The notes under the pieces are model-generated. The model had not been told where the DNA came from. It saw only the letters and a list, made by a program, of their open reading frames with translations, and did not search any database. Below are positions 25,921 through 37,367 of a stretch of 64,000 bases of DNA, in pieces. Numbering within the stretch: the stretch's first letter is position 1; every line of letters begins with the position of its first letter. The position numbers and the translations under genes were made by a program. The DNA is from Azolla caroliniana. Lineage: Eukaryota > Plantae > Polypodiophyta. The stretch spans positions 12,772,001 through 12,836,000 of the forward strand of contig JBHGNT010000012.1 of the NCBI GenBank assembly GCA_043228905.1. The letters are read 5' to 3'.

Positions 25921-25938
25921 TGGTGAACCCGACGTGAA
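25921..25938 (+). promoter_or_regulatory. PBS complementary to tRNA-Trp
   Basis: TGGTGAACCCGACGTGAA matches the 3' end of plant cytosolic tRNA-Trp as recalled (...TTCACGTCGGGTTCACCA). Confidence 0.88.
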
Positions 25939-25960
25939 AGAGGCGGCAGAAGAGTAGAAG

Positions 25961-28087
25961 ATGAGGGGGTCGGATCTTGCAGAGGCCATGGCTTCGGCCG
26001 TGGATCGGATTGTAAACACGCGCGAGGGCGCCGGTGCCCTCGATAGAGCTATCGAGGCGGTCGTCGGCACGATCGGCCGGTTCGATGGGAAGGATGCCAC
26101 GAGGTATTTGGCGTCCTACGGTGCAGAGATGCTGATGCGGGACATTCCGGAAGAAAGGCGTCTTGCCGGATTTCCCCGAGTGGCGATGCCGAGCATCCAT
26201 GCGGAGGTGCTCGAGGTGCGGGCGGAGAGCCGTACCTGGGAGGAGTTCGAAGGTCGGCTCCTAGAGAAATACGGGCTGGACGACGCGCTCCGGCTCTCGA
26301 AGCGAAGGTTCATGGAATGGGTGGAGTCCCCGGGGAAGGGAAGAAACGCTTCGGCACTCCTCCGGGAGTTCGAGGAGAACTTTGCGCGCCTTTCGGCGCT
26401 CGACCGAACCATCCTGGACACGAGCCGGGTCTTGCTGTTTGTCAAGTCGGTCGACGAGCGGGATCGGGAGCAAGTGGGCCTCTTGCTGGAAACCGAAGAC
26501 GAGCTCACTACCGACTGGGCGGCTGTCAAGAAAGTCTGTGGCCGTTTCGACAAACGGCGAGAATGGGCGGATAACGGGGCAACCGGGTCGGGCTCGGTCG
26601 CAGCAAGGAAGCTCGAACCAGCGCCACAGGTGCGAAAGGAAGAGACCCGAGAGTGGTTGGAAACCGGTTCGGCTTCGACCGGCGTAGTCAGAGGCTCAAC
26701 CGGAGGAGCGGCGTTGGAGGAATTGACAAGGGCGATAAAGGACCTCCAAATCGCGCAAGCCCGAAGGGAAGGTGGCGAACCGGCTCGTGACCGACGGCCG
26801 GCGGCAGGAAACAGGTGCATGTGGTGCGATGAAGTCGGCCACATTCGGAAGGACTGCGGCGACTTCGCGGAGGCGCTGAGGGACAGGGTGGTGTACCTGT
26901 GGGAAGGGCGGGTGCATGCCAGCGACACCCGAAGGGCCCTGAGCCGAAATGACGGGCGAGGTGGTATGAAAAGGTTGATGGAAGAGGCGGCGGCCCGACA
27001 TGCGGAAACCGTCCACTACTCGGCGTCGGCCGGCATTCGAGTCGGGGGCGGCGAGGCCCGAAGGGAAAGCAAAGCCGGATTCTGGCCGACGATGTTGGAA
27101 GGCCTTGCCGGTGCAAGGCTTAAAGGGGAAGAATCGGACCGTGCGGAGAAACGGGTACGGGAGATGACCGGGTGGAGCGACCCGGTCGAGGAAAAGACGG
27201 GCTTCGTGGAAGCCGCTTGCCAGAACTACGAGGCTCTGGTAGAAGAGAAGCGGGTGGGGAAACCCGGGACGACCGGGCCCTCGCAACGATACGAGACCCG
27301 GTCCGGGCCACGGCGGGACGAAACCGGCGGGGCCGGTACGCAAGATAAACCCCAGAAGGGCGGGTACCGTCTGGGAACGGAGATAGAAAGGACCACGGAC
27401 TTACGAAAGGTCCTGGAGGAACGGATCCTCGACAGCAAGGTGGAGCTGTCGTTACGAGAGGTGCTGGGAATCGCCAAGAAGGAGTTCCACGACTCCATCG
27501 TGGACTTGGTGAAACGGAAGAGGCTGTCAACGGAGACAGAACCGGAAAGACCGGTGGAAGTGCGGACGACGCACCTAGACGACATGGCGCTGGGAGATGA
27601 GTGGGCGGAAAGCCACTATTCGAGACCACACTGGGCCCGAGCGACCACGGAAACCCCGGTGAAGATCGGCGATGTCCAGGAACCGGTGATAGCTTTGGTG
27701 GACCACGGATCGGAGATCAATTTGATGTCCATGGACTTCTATAAGAGGGGCAAATGGCCGATCAACACCAAGCACGGGTGGAAAATAAGGGCAGCAACGC
27801 GCGCCACCGAGGAACTGCACGGGGCCTGCCCGAATGTGCGAGTCAAGATCGGCGACGTCGAGATTGACCAGCACTTCTTCGTGCAGGAGACGTCTTCGCA
27901 TCCGGTCATACTGGGAGAGCCGTACATCACGGCGGCGCGAATGGAGACCAAGGTGCTGGACAATGGTTCGGCTTACGCGAGGGTCAAAAGCCAAGACGGG
28001 CGCCATTCGGTCCAGTTTCTGACGGTAAGGCCGAACCACGAACGCAACCGCAACTCCCTCGGTTCCGAAAACCGAGAGGATTTTTAG
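25961..28087 (+). CDS. gag: F Gag-protease, 708 aa
   Basis: Zinc knuckle CMWCDEVGHIRKDC; protease LVDHGSEINLM...ILGEPY. Confidence 0.92.
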   Translation: MRGSDLAEAMASAVDRIVNTREGAGALDRAIEAVVGTIGRFDGKDATRYLASYGAEMLMRDIPEERRLAGFPRVAMPSIHAEVLEVRAESRTWEEFEGRLLEKYGLDDALRLSKRRFMEWVESPGKGRNASALLREFEENFARLSALDRTILDTSRVLLFVKSVDERDREQVGLLLETEDELTTDWAAVKKVCGRFDKRREWADNGATGSGSVAARKLEPAPQVRKEETREWLETGSASTGVVRGSTGGAALEELTRAIKDLQIAQARREGGEPARDRRPAAGNRCMWCDEVGHIRKDCGDFAEALRDRVVYLWEGRVHASDTRRALSRNDGRGGMKRLMEEAAARHAETVHYSASAGIRVGGGEARRESKAGFWPTMLEGLAGARLKGEESDRAEKRVREMTGWSDPVEEKTGFVEAACQNYEALVEEKRVGKPGTTGPSQRYETRSGPRRDETGGAGTQDKPQKGGYRLGTEIERTTDLRKVLEERILDSKVELSLREVLGIAKKEFHDSIVDLVKRKRLSTETEPERPVEVRTTHLDDMALGDEWAESHYSRPHWARATTETPVKIGDVQEPVIALVDHGSEINLMSMDFYKRGKWPINTKHGWKIRAATRATEELHGACPNVRVKIGDVEIDQHFFVQETSSHPVILGEPYITAARMETKVLDNGSAYARVKSQDGRHSVQFLTVRPNHERNRNSLGSENREDF

Positions 28088-31000
28088 AGAGGACTGCCAA
28101 GGCGTGGGGCCGCGACAGTCCGGATGCTCCGGAAAAACCTCACATCTGTACGATAAAACCGTGTACGACAGGTAGGGAATTTTGCTTCTCCGACAGCGGA
28201 GCATGTACGATGGTCGGCATCGCCGGCCGAGAGAAAACAAAGACGGAGGAGAGACTTCGGGCGTGCGGGGTTCTCGGCCCTGACGAGGAAATCGACGGAA
28301 CCGTGGAGGCAGTCTCCCTCGACGACACCTTGGGAATGCTGGGGAGAGTAGTCGAAGAAGACCTTAACGAAGACCGGACGATACCGGTGTGTTCCGAAGA
28401 GATGTACGAAGTCATCGCGGACTTCGGTCGAGGGTTCGAGTCGGGACCAACGGCCCGAGTTAGCACCAAGTACAAGACTGTGGACCGGAAGGTGAGGCCA
28501 GTTGCGGCACCCTTACCGGAGGGCAGCGAATCCCGAATCAAAGGGGTTGCATCGGACCCCAGCTTACGAGATCCGGCCTGCATAGGACACACCTTCACCA
28601 ACGAGTCGCTCCGCGAGCTGAAGATCGGTGGGGGCGGGTTCCTACTGCCGATGGAGGAAGACCGGTTTCGGAGAATGCTCGGAAGGCACGGGAAAGCCTT
28701 CGCATTCTCACCGGAGGAAATCGGGTGCGTAGACCCGACGATCGTAGAGCCAATGGTGATATTTACGGTACCGCATGTACCGTGGAATCTCAAGCCGATT
28801 CCGGTTCCGAGAGCTCACATCCCGAAGTTGATGGAGCTGTTGAAGCAGAAAGTTGATATGGGCATTCTCGAGCCGTCGAGCGCCCCGTATTCAAACCGAT
28901 GGTTTACCGTACCAAAGAAAAACGGGTCATTGCGCTTCATTCAGGACCTGCAACCGGTCAATAGGGTGACCATTCGGAACGCAGGGATCGGACCGACCGT
29001 AGACGAGTTCGCGGAGGCCTTCGCCGGAAGGTCGATTTACTCGGTCAGTGATCTATACTCAGGGTACGACCAGTTCCAGCTAGCCGTGGAGAGCAGAGAC
29101 ATTACGACGATGCGAACTCCCCTCGGCCTAGTGCGGATGTGTACGCTGCCACAAGGAGGGACCAACTCGGTGGCCCACATGGTGAATGCAATGAACAAGG
29201 TGCTGAGGGACTGCGTCCCGGACATCACCATGCCGTTTCTAGACGACATTCGGATCAAGGGATGCCCGGTAGAAGAGAAGGACGAGACGATCGGGCCGGA
29301 CGGATGCCGGCGATTCGTGGCGACACACATTGACGACTGCGAGAAGGTGCTGCAAAGGCTAGAGGATGCGAGGCTCACCTTCTCGGGGGAGAAGTCTGCC
29401 TTCGGGCAGTCGGAAATCATGGTGGTCGGACATTTATGTGGGCCATATGGCCGGAAACCGTCTCCGGCAAAGGTGGAAGCCATCTCCGCGATGAAGCCTG
29501 ACTGCAGCTCGGTCACGGAAGTACGAAGATTCTTAGGAGCATGCGCCTTCTACCACATATGGATCCCGCATTACGCGCACGTCGCGGAGCCGCTGTACGG
29601 ATTATTGAAGAAAGGGCGAAGATTCGAATGGCTAGACAAGCACGCGGAGTCGGTCCGGAAGCTGAAGGAGGCTCTTTCGGCAGCACCGGCGCTCCGAAAG
29701 GCAGTCTACAGGAAGGGCACCCCGGTGTACATAACGGTTGACACGAGTCCGACCGGAATCGGGTGGGTCGTCAACCAAGAAGACGGGGACGGCAATCGGT
29801 TTCCAATCCGATTCGGCGCGAAGGTCCTCAGTGAGCGACAACGGGGATACGCCCAGGTTAAACGCGAACTCTGGGGTATCGTTTCGGCGGTGAAGACCGA
29901 CAAGGACTATCTGATCGGGACAGAGGTAATCATAGAGACGGATTGCATGCCGATTCTCGGCATGGTTTACGGATGCGCGACGCCGGACCTGGCAATGCTC
30001 AGGTGGATAGCGTACATCAAGTCCCTGGACCCGGAAATACGACACATTTCCGGGAAAGACAACGCCATGGCCGACATGCTTTCAAGGGCGAGATTCGATG
30101 ACGAGGGCGCCATGATTTCGGAGGACGAGGAGTTCGGCGTGGATTTCTTCGAGGCAGCATACGTAACAACCGGCGGGTCGAGCACTCCGGCGCTTAACGA
30201 CTTCGACGCGAGCAAGTACGACGGGGAGTGGCTGCAGATCGGCGGGTTCTTGAGGACAATGGCGCCAGATGCGTCATGGACGAAAGACGAGGCCAACCGG
30301 ATCCGGAAGAAAGCGTACCGATTCTTTCTCCGGGATGGATACTTGTGGAAGCACCCGAAGAAGAGGAACGGCGTTCCGCTCCGGGTGGTGGCAATGAAGG
30401 AAGAACAGGAGGAGCTGCTAGCGGCCTGCCATGACAGCCCTTGGGCTGGACACCGTGGGACATGGGCTACGTTTGAGAAACTGAAGGGGAAGTATTGGTG
30501 GCCGGGGCAGTACCAGGACGTGCATCGGTTCGTGACAACTTGCGAGAGCTGTCAGATGCACTCCATAGTCCGACACCGGGACGAGCTTCAACCTACGTAC
30601 CCTCCGACCATCCACTTCAAATGGATGGTAGATCTGGTGACGATGCCAATGGGGGTCGGACAGATGCGGTACCTGGTCCTAGCACGGGAGGATCTGACGA
30701 ACCAGGTGGAAGGCCGAGCCCTCCCGAACAAAACGACCGCGGCCGTATGTCGGTTCCTAATCGAGGACATGATATGCCGGTACGGGTGCGTCGGGAAGAT
30801 CGTGGCTGATCGAGGGGAGTTGGACACCGAAGAAGCCGCGGAGCTGTTCGACCGGCTCGGAGTTAAGCTCTCGCTCACCACTGCGTACAATCCGGAGGCG
30901 AATGGGAAGGTGGAGCGCGGACACGGGCCGATCGTCAAGGCGTTGGTTCGGGCATGCGGAGGCCAAGTCGGTAACTGGCCGCGGCTGCTACCTTATGCTT

Positions 31001-31566
31001 TGTGGGCAGACCGGACCACGCACAGTTCGGTAACCGGGTACATGCCGACGGAGCTCATGTTCGGCCAGAAGCCGATCATGCCGATGGAACGGACGATCTC
31101 CTCGTGGGCAACGGTCGACTGGAGGGACGAGATGAGCCGGGAAGAGTTGTTGGCCGCGCGTATACGACAACTCGAGCGGAGACCGGAGGACGTGGAACTG
31201 GCTGCGGAGAGGCTCCGGGTGGCGAGGGCAAAGAACAAAGCCAGGTTCGACCGAACGCACCGACTCCGACCGAAGAAGATCGAAGAAGGTGACTGGGTGC
31301 TCATCTACGACAGCAGCCTCGACAACCAGCACCGAGCTACACGGAAGTTCGCACGAAGGTGGTTTGGGCCTTACGCGGTACGGAGCGCCAATGGCAACGG
31401 GACATATCACCTGGCGGAACTCGACAGCACGAGAATAGCGATACCGGTTGCAGGGAAGCGGATCAAAGCGTTCAAGAAGCGACACGACGACGAGCCCGAC
31501 CCGGCTCTCCTAGTCGGCAGTGACGAACGATCCGAAAACGAGGAAGAACCGACGGGCGAGGAATGA
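28078..31566 (+). CDS. pol: F RT-RNase H-integrase, reached by a -1 frameshift
   Basis: Frame is open from the slippery site at 28078 through ATG 28210 to 31566; LPQG, FLDD, VDTSPTGIG, HHCC, WFGPY. Confidence 0.92.
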   Translation, partial: GFLERTAKAWGRDSPDAPEKPHICTIKPCTTGREFCFSDSGACTMVGIAGREKTKTEERLRACGVLGPDEEIDGTVEAVSLDDTLGMLGRVVEEDLNEDRTIPVCSEEMYEVIADFGRGFESGPTARVSTKYKTVDRKVRPVAAPLPEGSESRIKGVASDPSLRDPACIGHTFTNESLRELKIGGGGFLLPMEEDRFRRMLGRHGKAFAFSPEEIGCVDPTIVEPMVIFTVPHVPWNLKPIPVPRAHIPKLMELLKQKVDMGILEPSSAPYSNRWFTVPKKNGSLRFIQDLQPVNRVTIRNAGIGPTVDEFAEAFAGRSIYSVSDLYSGYDQFQLAVESRDITTMRTPLGLVRMCTLPQGGTNSVAHMVNAMNKVLRDCVPDITMPFLDDIRIKGCPVEEKDETIGPDGCRRFVATHIDDCEKVLQRLEDARLTFSGEKSAFGQSEIMVVGHLCGPYGRKPSPAKVEAISAMKPDCSSVTEVRRFLGACAFYHIWIPHYAHVAEPLYGLLKKGRRFEWLDKHAESVRKLKEALSAAPALRKAVYRKGTPVYITVDTSPTGIGWVVNQEDGDGNRFPIRFGAKVLSERQRGYAQVKRELWGIVSAVKTDKDYLIGTEVIIETDCMPILGMVYGCATPDLAMLRWIAYIKSLDPEIRHISGKDNAMADMLSRARFDDEGAMISEDEEFGVDFFEAAYVTTGGSSTPALNDFDASKYDGEWLQIGGFLRTMAPDASWTKDEANRIRKKAYRFFLRDGYLWKHPKKRNGVPLRVVAMKEEQEELLAACHDSPWAGHRGTWATFEKLKGKYWWPGQYQDVHRFVTTCESCQMHSIVRHRDELQPTYPPTIHFKWMVDLVTMPMGVGQMRYLVLAREDLTNQVEGRALPNKTTAAVCRFLIEDMICRYGCVGKIVADRGELDTEEAAELFDRLGVKLSLTTAYNPEANGKVERGHGPIVKALVRACGGQVGNWPRLLPYALWADRTTHSSVTGYMPTELMFGQKPIMPMERTISSWATVDWRDEMSREELLAARIRQLERRPEDVELAAERLRVARAKNKARFDRTHRLRPKKIEEGDWVLIYDSSLDNQHRATRKFARRWFGPYAVRSANGNGTYHLAELDSTRIAIPVAGKRIKAFKKRHDDEPDPALLVGSDERSENEEEPTGEE

Positions 31567-31637
31567 AGACGGGCCGGTTTTCTCCGTCCCAACCCTCTTG
31601 GCGCATACCGGAGGATGCGCGGTTAGGTGGGGGCGGA

Positions 31638-32421
31638 TGTCGTGAAGAAAACCGTCCCTAAGCGGAATCGGCGCACCGAGGCGTGGGAACCGGTTCTTCA
31701 CGCGCGCACGCTCCAAGTTATACATAGAATCGAATTAGGAGGATGATCGGCAGGAACGGGCCCTAACACGAGTGGAGACAAAGACCATGCGAACAGTCTT
31801 TCGGTCACGCGCGCGAACTGTACGAGTCGGCGGCGTAACTACGCGGATGCGTGAAGAACAGAGGAGATCCCTGTCAAAAAGGGACAGGGAATAAAGCTGA
31901 CGCGACGGCCTGCTCAACGGCCTATATAAGGAGCAGGAAAGAGCTGTTGCAGGGATCTCGCGCGGAGAGGACGAAGTGCTGTCGGATCGTTTCCGGACGC
32001 TTCTCTCTCTGTTTCCTTCATTATTGAGCTCCATAGCTTTCTGTGCAGGGTTCCGAGGAGGCTCGCGCTGTTTCGAGGAACGCCCGGAGAGCTTCCGGCA
32101 GCACCTCCGACCTGCTACCCCTTTGTGCGTCGAAGCGAACAGGCATCGACGTCTGTTTGCCGGCCTGTTCGGTTGTAACCAACATGTGCCCCATCGAGGG
32201 TTGTAGTAGTGTTAGCCATTTCTGTTAATATACATAATTAGTCATTCGCGTCTGTCTGTGTCGGTGTCTGGACGCATTCTCCGTTCCGAAGGGCCGTGTC
32301 CCTGTGTATCCCCGGTCCTGCGTAGCCGGTCCTCTCACTTTCTCCTCCCTCGCTGGCTCTTTGGTTCGAGACCCCCGCGGTCCCGCCTCGTTTCCATACG
32401 CACTTGCATAATACCTCGACA
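31638..32421 (+). repeat. F 3' LTR
   Basis: Follows PPT AGGTGGGGGCGGA; near-identical to 25133-25916. Confidence 0.97.
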
Positions 32422-33375
32422 ACGGGTAAGCTAACTATGCATCCGTTGAAACCGGATGACAAATTGGGGAATGCTCTCCCCTGCCTCTTGCCAGATGGTA
32501 TAAAATAAGCCCACCATTACGGTCTGGTCCACCTCCTTTTGAAAAAAATGCATGAATTTAGATTTTAAATCTGCAAAGGTGTTGATGGTAGACAGGTCCT
32601 GCGTCCGGCGCCATCTTGCTGCCGGTCCCTCCAATGTGACGCCAAACTCTGCTATCTTAGAGCGTTCTTCTTCCTCCGGTGTCAATCGCTGGGACACATG
32701 GTTGGCTTCCCATGTCTGTTCAAAGGCGTGCACATGAGCTTCCGCGTCCGGATTATCTCTATACTTGGAGTACTGGAACGGCATGTCGTCGTCCAGTATC
32801 GGTGCGCGGGCTGGTAGTGTTGGTGCTCGTTCTGGAATTTTCTCCGATGTCAGTGGTCTTTCCCGATTTGATTCCGGTGTCGGTTGTTTCTCTTCCTTTG
32901 GTGACGGAGGCCTCTCCTCCTTGACTTCCGGTGTCGGAGGTCGTTCTTCTTCTGCTGGTTCCGGGGGTTCCAGCGTTAGCACTTCCGGTTCCGGTTCCGG
33001 TGTCGGTAAGGTATCCGATCCTTCGTCCTCCGGTCCGCCCGGGGTTTCGTTGCTGCTACGGTAGTTCATGTGCACGTTGTATTCCCCTTCGGAGTTCGAT
33101 TCATATGCTGAAAAGGCCTCAGCTTCGCCTTCTCCGTTTGCCAACACGTGGAGAAGGGATTCGGTTTCCCGGAGGCTGCTTAGGCTGCTGCCGTCGTCCG
33201 GGTGCGATGTTTGCTGTAACCAGTGGGAGTCCTCCGCTACTCTCCGGATTACGTTGGAAAACGAGCGATACGCTCTAATTTCCTACGCCGCTTGCTGGAA
33301 AGCCTCGCATCTCCTTTGCCTTTCGGCAAGGCGTCGAGTTCGATCTGTAACCAGGTCGTGCGTTGATCTAGACAT
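32422..33375 (-). pseudogene. A2 gag N-terminal part
   Basis: ORF 32431-33147 homologous to A3 gag. Confidence 0.9.
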
Positions 33376-33428
33376 CCATCCGTGTCGTCGTTCGCTGCAA
33401 AAACAGGAATCGTGGTCGCCAAAAACTG

Positions 33429-33861
33429 TGTTAACTCTTCGGGCCGGACAATGGCCTAACATAGGGTTTCTACGGGAGACACTTCACCAAAGGGTGTTAC
33501 AGCAACCGGATTAGACCTCAACGCTTAGTCCGACTTAATCAAGTTACTTATTAGGATCGTCTTCATAACACGCGTAAGATATAACAATTAAGACAGAACG
33601 GCTATTAACACAGAGATATAACAACGCTTAAGCTTTCATTAATTAACCGCTAACTATTACATTGTATCTGGGCCTTTAAATAGGTTTCCGATCTGTATTA
33701 CAAAACGGTGCCATCCGCACCTGTTCGGGATCGGTCCGGATCCGGAACGGCATACCGATTCCGGTCCGTCCGTCCACACTCATAGCTTAATTACAACCAC
33801 ATTCCTACTACTTAATTAGCTCTCCGTTTCCCACTCTGGACTCCTTTGCCGGCCGGTAACA
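33429..33861 (-). repeat. A2 5' LTR (433 bp)
   Basis: TGTTA...TAACA termini; PBS 7 nt inside. Confidence 0.95.
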
Positions 33862-34168
33862 CAAAAATCGGGTCTAGTAGGGCACAACTGGTTAATAGCT
33901 TGTTTTGTCAATGGCATCCCCAATTCGAACTATCACTAGATAGTGCATGCTAAGGATCCAAAATCCTTTGAAGAGGCCATTGAAATAGTTCTTCGCTATC
34001 AATGCATTTTGAAGAAGGACCATAACAAACCCAACAAAGCTCCCGGGACTAAGCAGTCACAATTCATGGATCGCGATTGTAAGTGACAACATCCTTTTTG
34101 CGTATTCTGTAAAAAGAAGGGTCATACAAAAGAACAATGTCAAAAGCTACAATGAAAAGAGCACGACA
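33862..34168 (+). repeat. 307-bp target duplication, right copy
   Basis: Repeats 16445-16751, after which the E sequence continues normally. Confidence 0.95.
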
Positions 34169-37100
34169 ACAAAGCAAAATTTTCAAACCATAAAGGTCAG
34201 ATTCCTACTGTCCTTGAGGTCTATACACATCATTTAAGTAATTGTCAATGTTCTTTCCCTCACTATGTATTAGGACCCAATGATTTACTACGTGCAAATG
34301 GGTATATAAATGGATCTCGCGTACAATTCTTATTTTATTTGGGAAGCTGACACAACTTTGTGAATGATCATTTGGCTCAGATATGGGAATCCAACCCACT
34401 GTAAGTGATCACACTTATAAGGTGCACTTGGCTAATGGAAGAGTACAATACTTCAATGAGGCGATTCATTCATTAGGAATTTCTATTGATACTTATATAG
34501 AGGAAATGGACTTCCATGTAATGAATATTTGTACGACTGATGTAATGTTGGGTTATCCCTAGTTTTATAATAAAAACTCTTCATTATCTATTGATTGGGT
34601 TCACCATTCCATTACCTTTGTACTAAACGACTGTACTCATTTTATTCAATGTGTAAAAAAACAATCTTTATTGATTGTTTCCTCTCCATCAATATCCTAG
34701 TTGTCTTGTTCTTCTTGATTTTATTGTGTACTTGATTCGAGCATTCACGTTTATAATATCGATAGTGTCTCGGGTCATTTATCATATTTTGAACAAGAAC
34801 AAGTCAATGAAATCTTAAATAATTTTTGTTATGCTTTTCCGAGTGAACTACCAAATGGGTTACCTCCTAAACATAATATAGACTATCATATAGATCTTGT
34901 ACCTGGTGTTGTACCAATAAGTATACCTCTGTATCGCTTAAATCAATCCGAAGAGGATGATGTATCTAAACAACTCAAGGACTATTTATGAATGGGTTAT
35001 ATATGTTATAGTAAATCTCCATGGGGTGCACCTGTTCTCTTGGTAAAAAGGAAAGAGGGCACATGGCGTATGTGTATTAATTACCGACGCTTGAATAAAT
35101 TGACGATCAAGAATTCATATCCATTGCTCCTGGCTAATGATCTAATTGACCGTCTGAAGGGAGCTCGATATTTTACGAAACTTGGTCTATGTATGGGCTA
35201 CCAGCAAATTCGTATAAGTGGGGAAGATGTTCCTAAAATGACATTTCGTATGCGCTATGGCCATTATGAGTTTTTGGTCATGGCTTTCGGTTTGACCAAT
35301 GCTCCAGCCACATTTCAACAAGAAATTAATGACATTTTACGGGAACAACTTGGAAAAATTGTCGTTATTTTCTTGGATGATATTCTAGTTTATAACCGTA
35401 CATTAGAAGAACATGGTAAACATGTCCGCTTTGTTTTACAAACATTGCGCGACAAGCAATTCTACGTGAAGATCTCAAAATTCGAGTTCTTGAAGAAATC
35501 AATTACTTATCTTGGACATCTCATAACCGAATGAGGAGTTGAAATTGATCCTTCTCGCATTGACACAGTCAAACATTGGTCCAGTGTTCGGAATATTCGA
35601 GAAGTTTGATCATTCCTTCGTTTTGTCGTGTTTTTGCAAAAATGTCTTCGCTATTATATGAATTGACAATGTCGTTTACTAATGTTCTAAAAGGTCAAAT
35701 GCATAAGTCTACGAAACATATTATATGGAATGCTACACTAGACCTCACCTTTAAGGACCTCAAGGACCTGGTCTACAAGGCTCCTTCGCTTCTTTTACCA
35801 AATCTTTCAAAACCTTTTCAAGTTAAAACCGATGCAAGTGATTATCCCATAGGTGTCATCCTATATCAAGATGGTAAACCAATAGCATTTGAGAGTAAGA
35901 AATTGGGTTCTTCTTAGTGTTGATATAACGAGTAAGAAATTGGGTTCTGCTTAGTGTTGATATATCGTGCAAGAAAAGGTATATTTTGCAATTATCCATG
36001 CGCTAAAGTCATGGCGCCATTATCTTTATGGAAATAGTTTTGTGGTAACTACGGACCACGAGTCTTTGAAATAGTTTTGTGACCAACAAGAACTTAAAGG
36101 TTGTAAGGTACGATGGGTAGATCTCATCTACGACTTTAATTTTTCCATACAATATTGTAAAGGTTCCATGACCACTATGGTTGATGCACTGAGTCGCATC
36201 CGTGAAATTACCATGCTTAATTTCATTGAAATAACATCAAATCTTTATGATCACCTTCGAGGAAAGTATCTTGAGGAAAATTATTTTGGAAAATAATGGG
36301 CAAGAGTTGAATATGGAACAGACATCACCACATCCTTGAAGAAATCCTTCCACATTTCTAACAGCTTGCTCAGGAAGATTTGTGTTTCATATTTGCCTAA
36401 GGTCAAAAAGAGAATTCTTTTTTAATTCCATGATGCACCCTTAGCAAGGCACCGTGGAATACATTGTTCATTCGTTCTCATCGCCACTCAATTCTATTGG
36501 CCTAAGATGCGTCCTAACATACATAACTATGTGACTAAATGTCACCAATGTCAGGTTAACAAAGCCAAGCAACTTAAAGCTGCAGGACTTTTACATCCCT
36601 TGGACATTCCCAATAATAAGTGGGAAAGTATATCCATGGATTTTATTGTTAGCCTTCCTCGCACCCAAAAAGGCCATCATGCCATCTTGGTTGTGGTTGA
36701 TAGACTAACTAAAATGGCTAAATTTATTACTACTAAAACCATGGTAACAGCTCCTGAATTGGCTTACCAATTCGTTGATGAGTTATTTCATTTTTATAGG
36801 TTACTAATGGATATCATGAGTGATCGAGATCCAAAGTTTACTAGCGATGTTTAGACACAAGGTTACCAATTCAGCTCATGTTGAACTTGTCTCTCAACAT
36901 ATAAAAACAGGTCAAGATAGAGCGCATTTTTTTGCCGATCATAATAGGCAACCGCGTGTATTCAATCTTGGAAAAAAGGTATTTTTACGTGCGCTATGTC
37001 AGCCCCATGGTTTTATGGACCTTTTATAGTCCTCAAACGCATTGGTTCATCAACCAATCATCTCGCTCTTCCTGATGGCATTGAGCTCCATCCATTTTTT

Positions 37101-37350
37101 CATGTAAGTCGTCTAAAAGAACTTCTTGGTTTTGGCGACAATAAAGTTACAACTGAAACTCTAGTTACTTCGGAAAAATTATCTTCTAAACCACATGTGC
37201 CATAGAGAATTCTCAATGTTAAAATGAAACATTTGCAATCTAAAATAATCCGAGAATTTAAAATTAAATGGATGGATAAGTCTATACAAGATAACGAAAA
37301 ATAGTCTTATCACTAACTTCCCTAACTTTTCATTGCAAAAATGCAATGTT
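34169..37350 (+). pseudogene. E pol (PR-RT-RH-INT-chromodomain), heavily decayed
   Basis: [57 protein letters not shown]. Confidence 0.92.
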
Positions 37351-37367
37351 TTACAGAGGGGGGAGTA

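Larger units (their letters stand above)
25133..32421 (+). mobile_element. Element F: young, intact GC-rich Ty3/Gypsy with a 4-bp TSD
   Basis: 784-bp LTRs with 3 differences seen; TSD ACGG (25129-25132 and 32422-32425); two long intact ORFs. Confidence 0.97.
16752..33861 (-). mobile_element. Family-A copy A2, full length, interrupted by F
   Basis: 5' LTR 33429-33861, PBS TGGCGACCACG (33421-33411), gag from 33375, pol to 20303, ORF2 20148-17155, 3' LTR 16752-17100. Confidence 0.95.

Noticed and set aside
26116-28793. Long antisense ORFs over F (and similar ones over A2, A3 and C)
   Set aside because: Shadow frames of GC-rich coding sequence, with no motifs and no independent conservation.
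16445-34168. Long flanking duplications as assembly artefacts
   Set aside because: The copies differ by transitions (A2) or an 11-bp microhomology deletion (A3) and end exactly at LTR termini. An artefact is unlikely, though reads should confirm.
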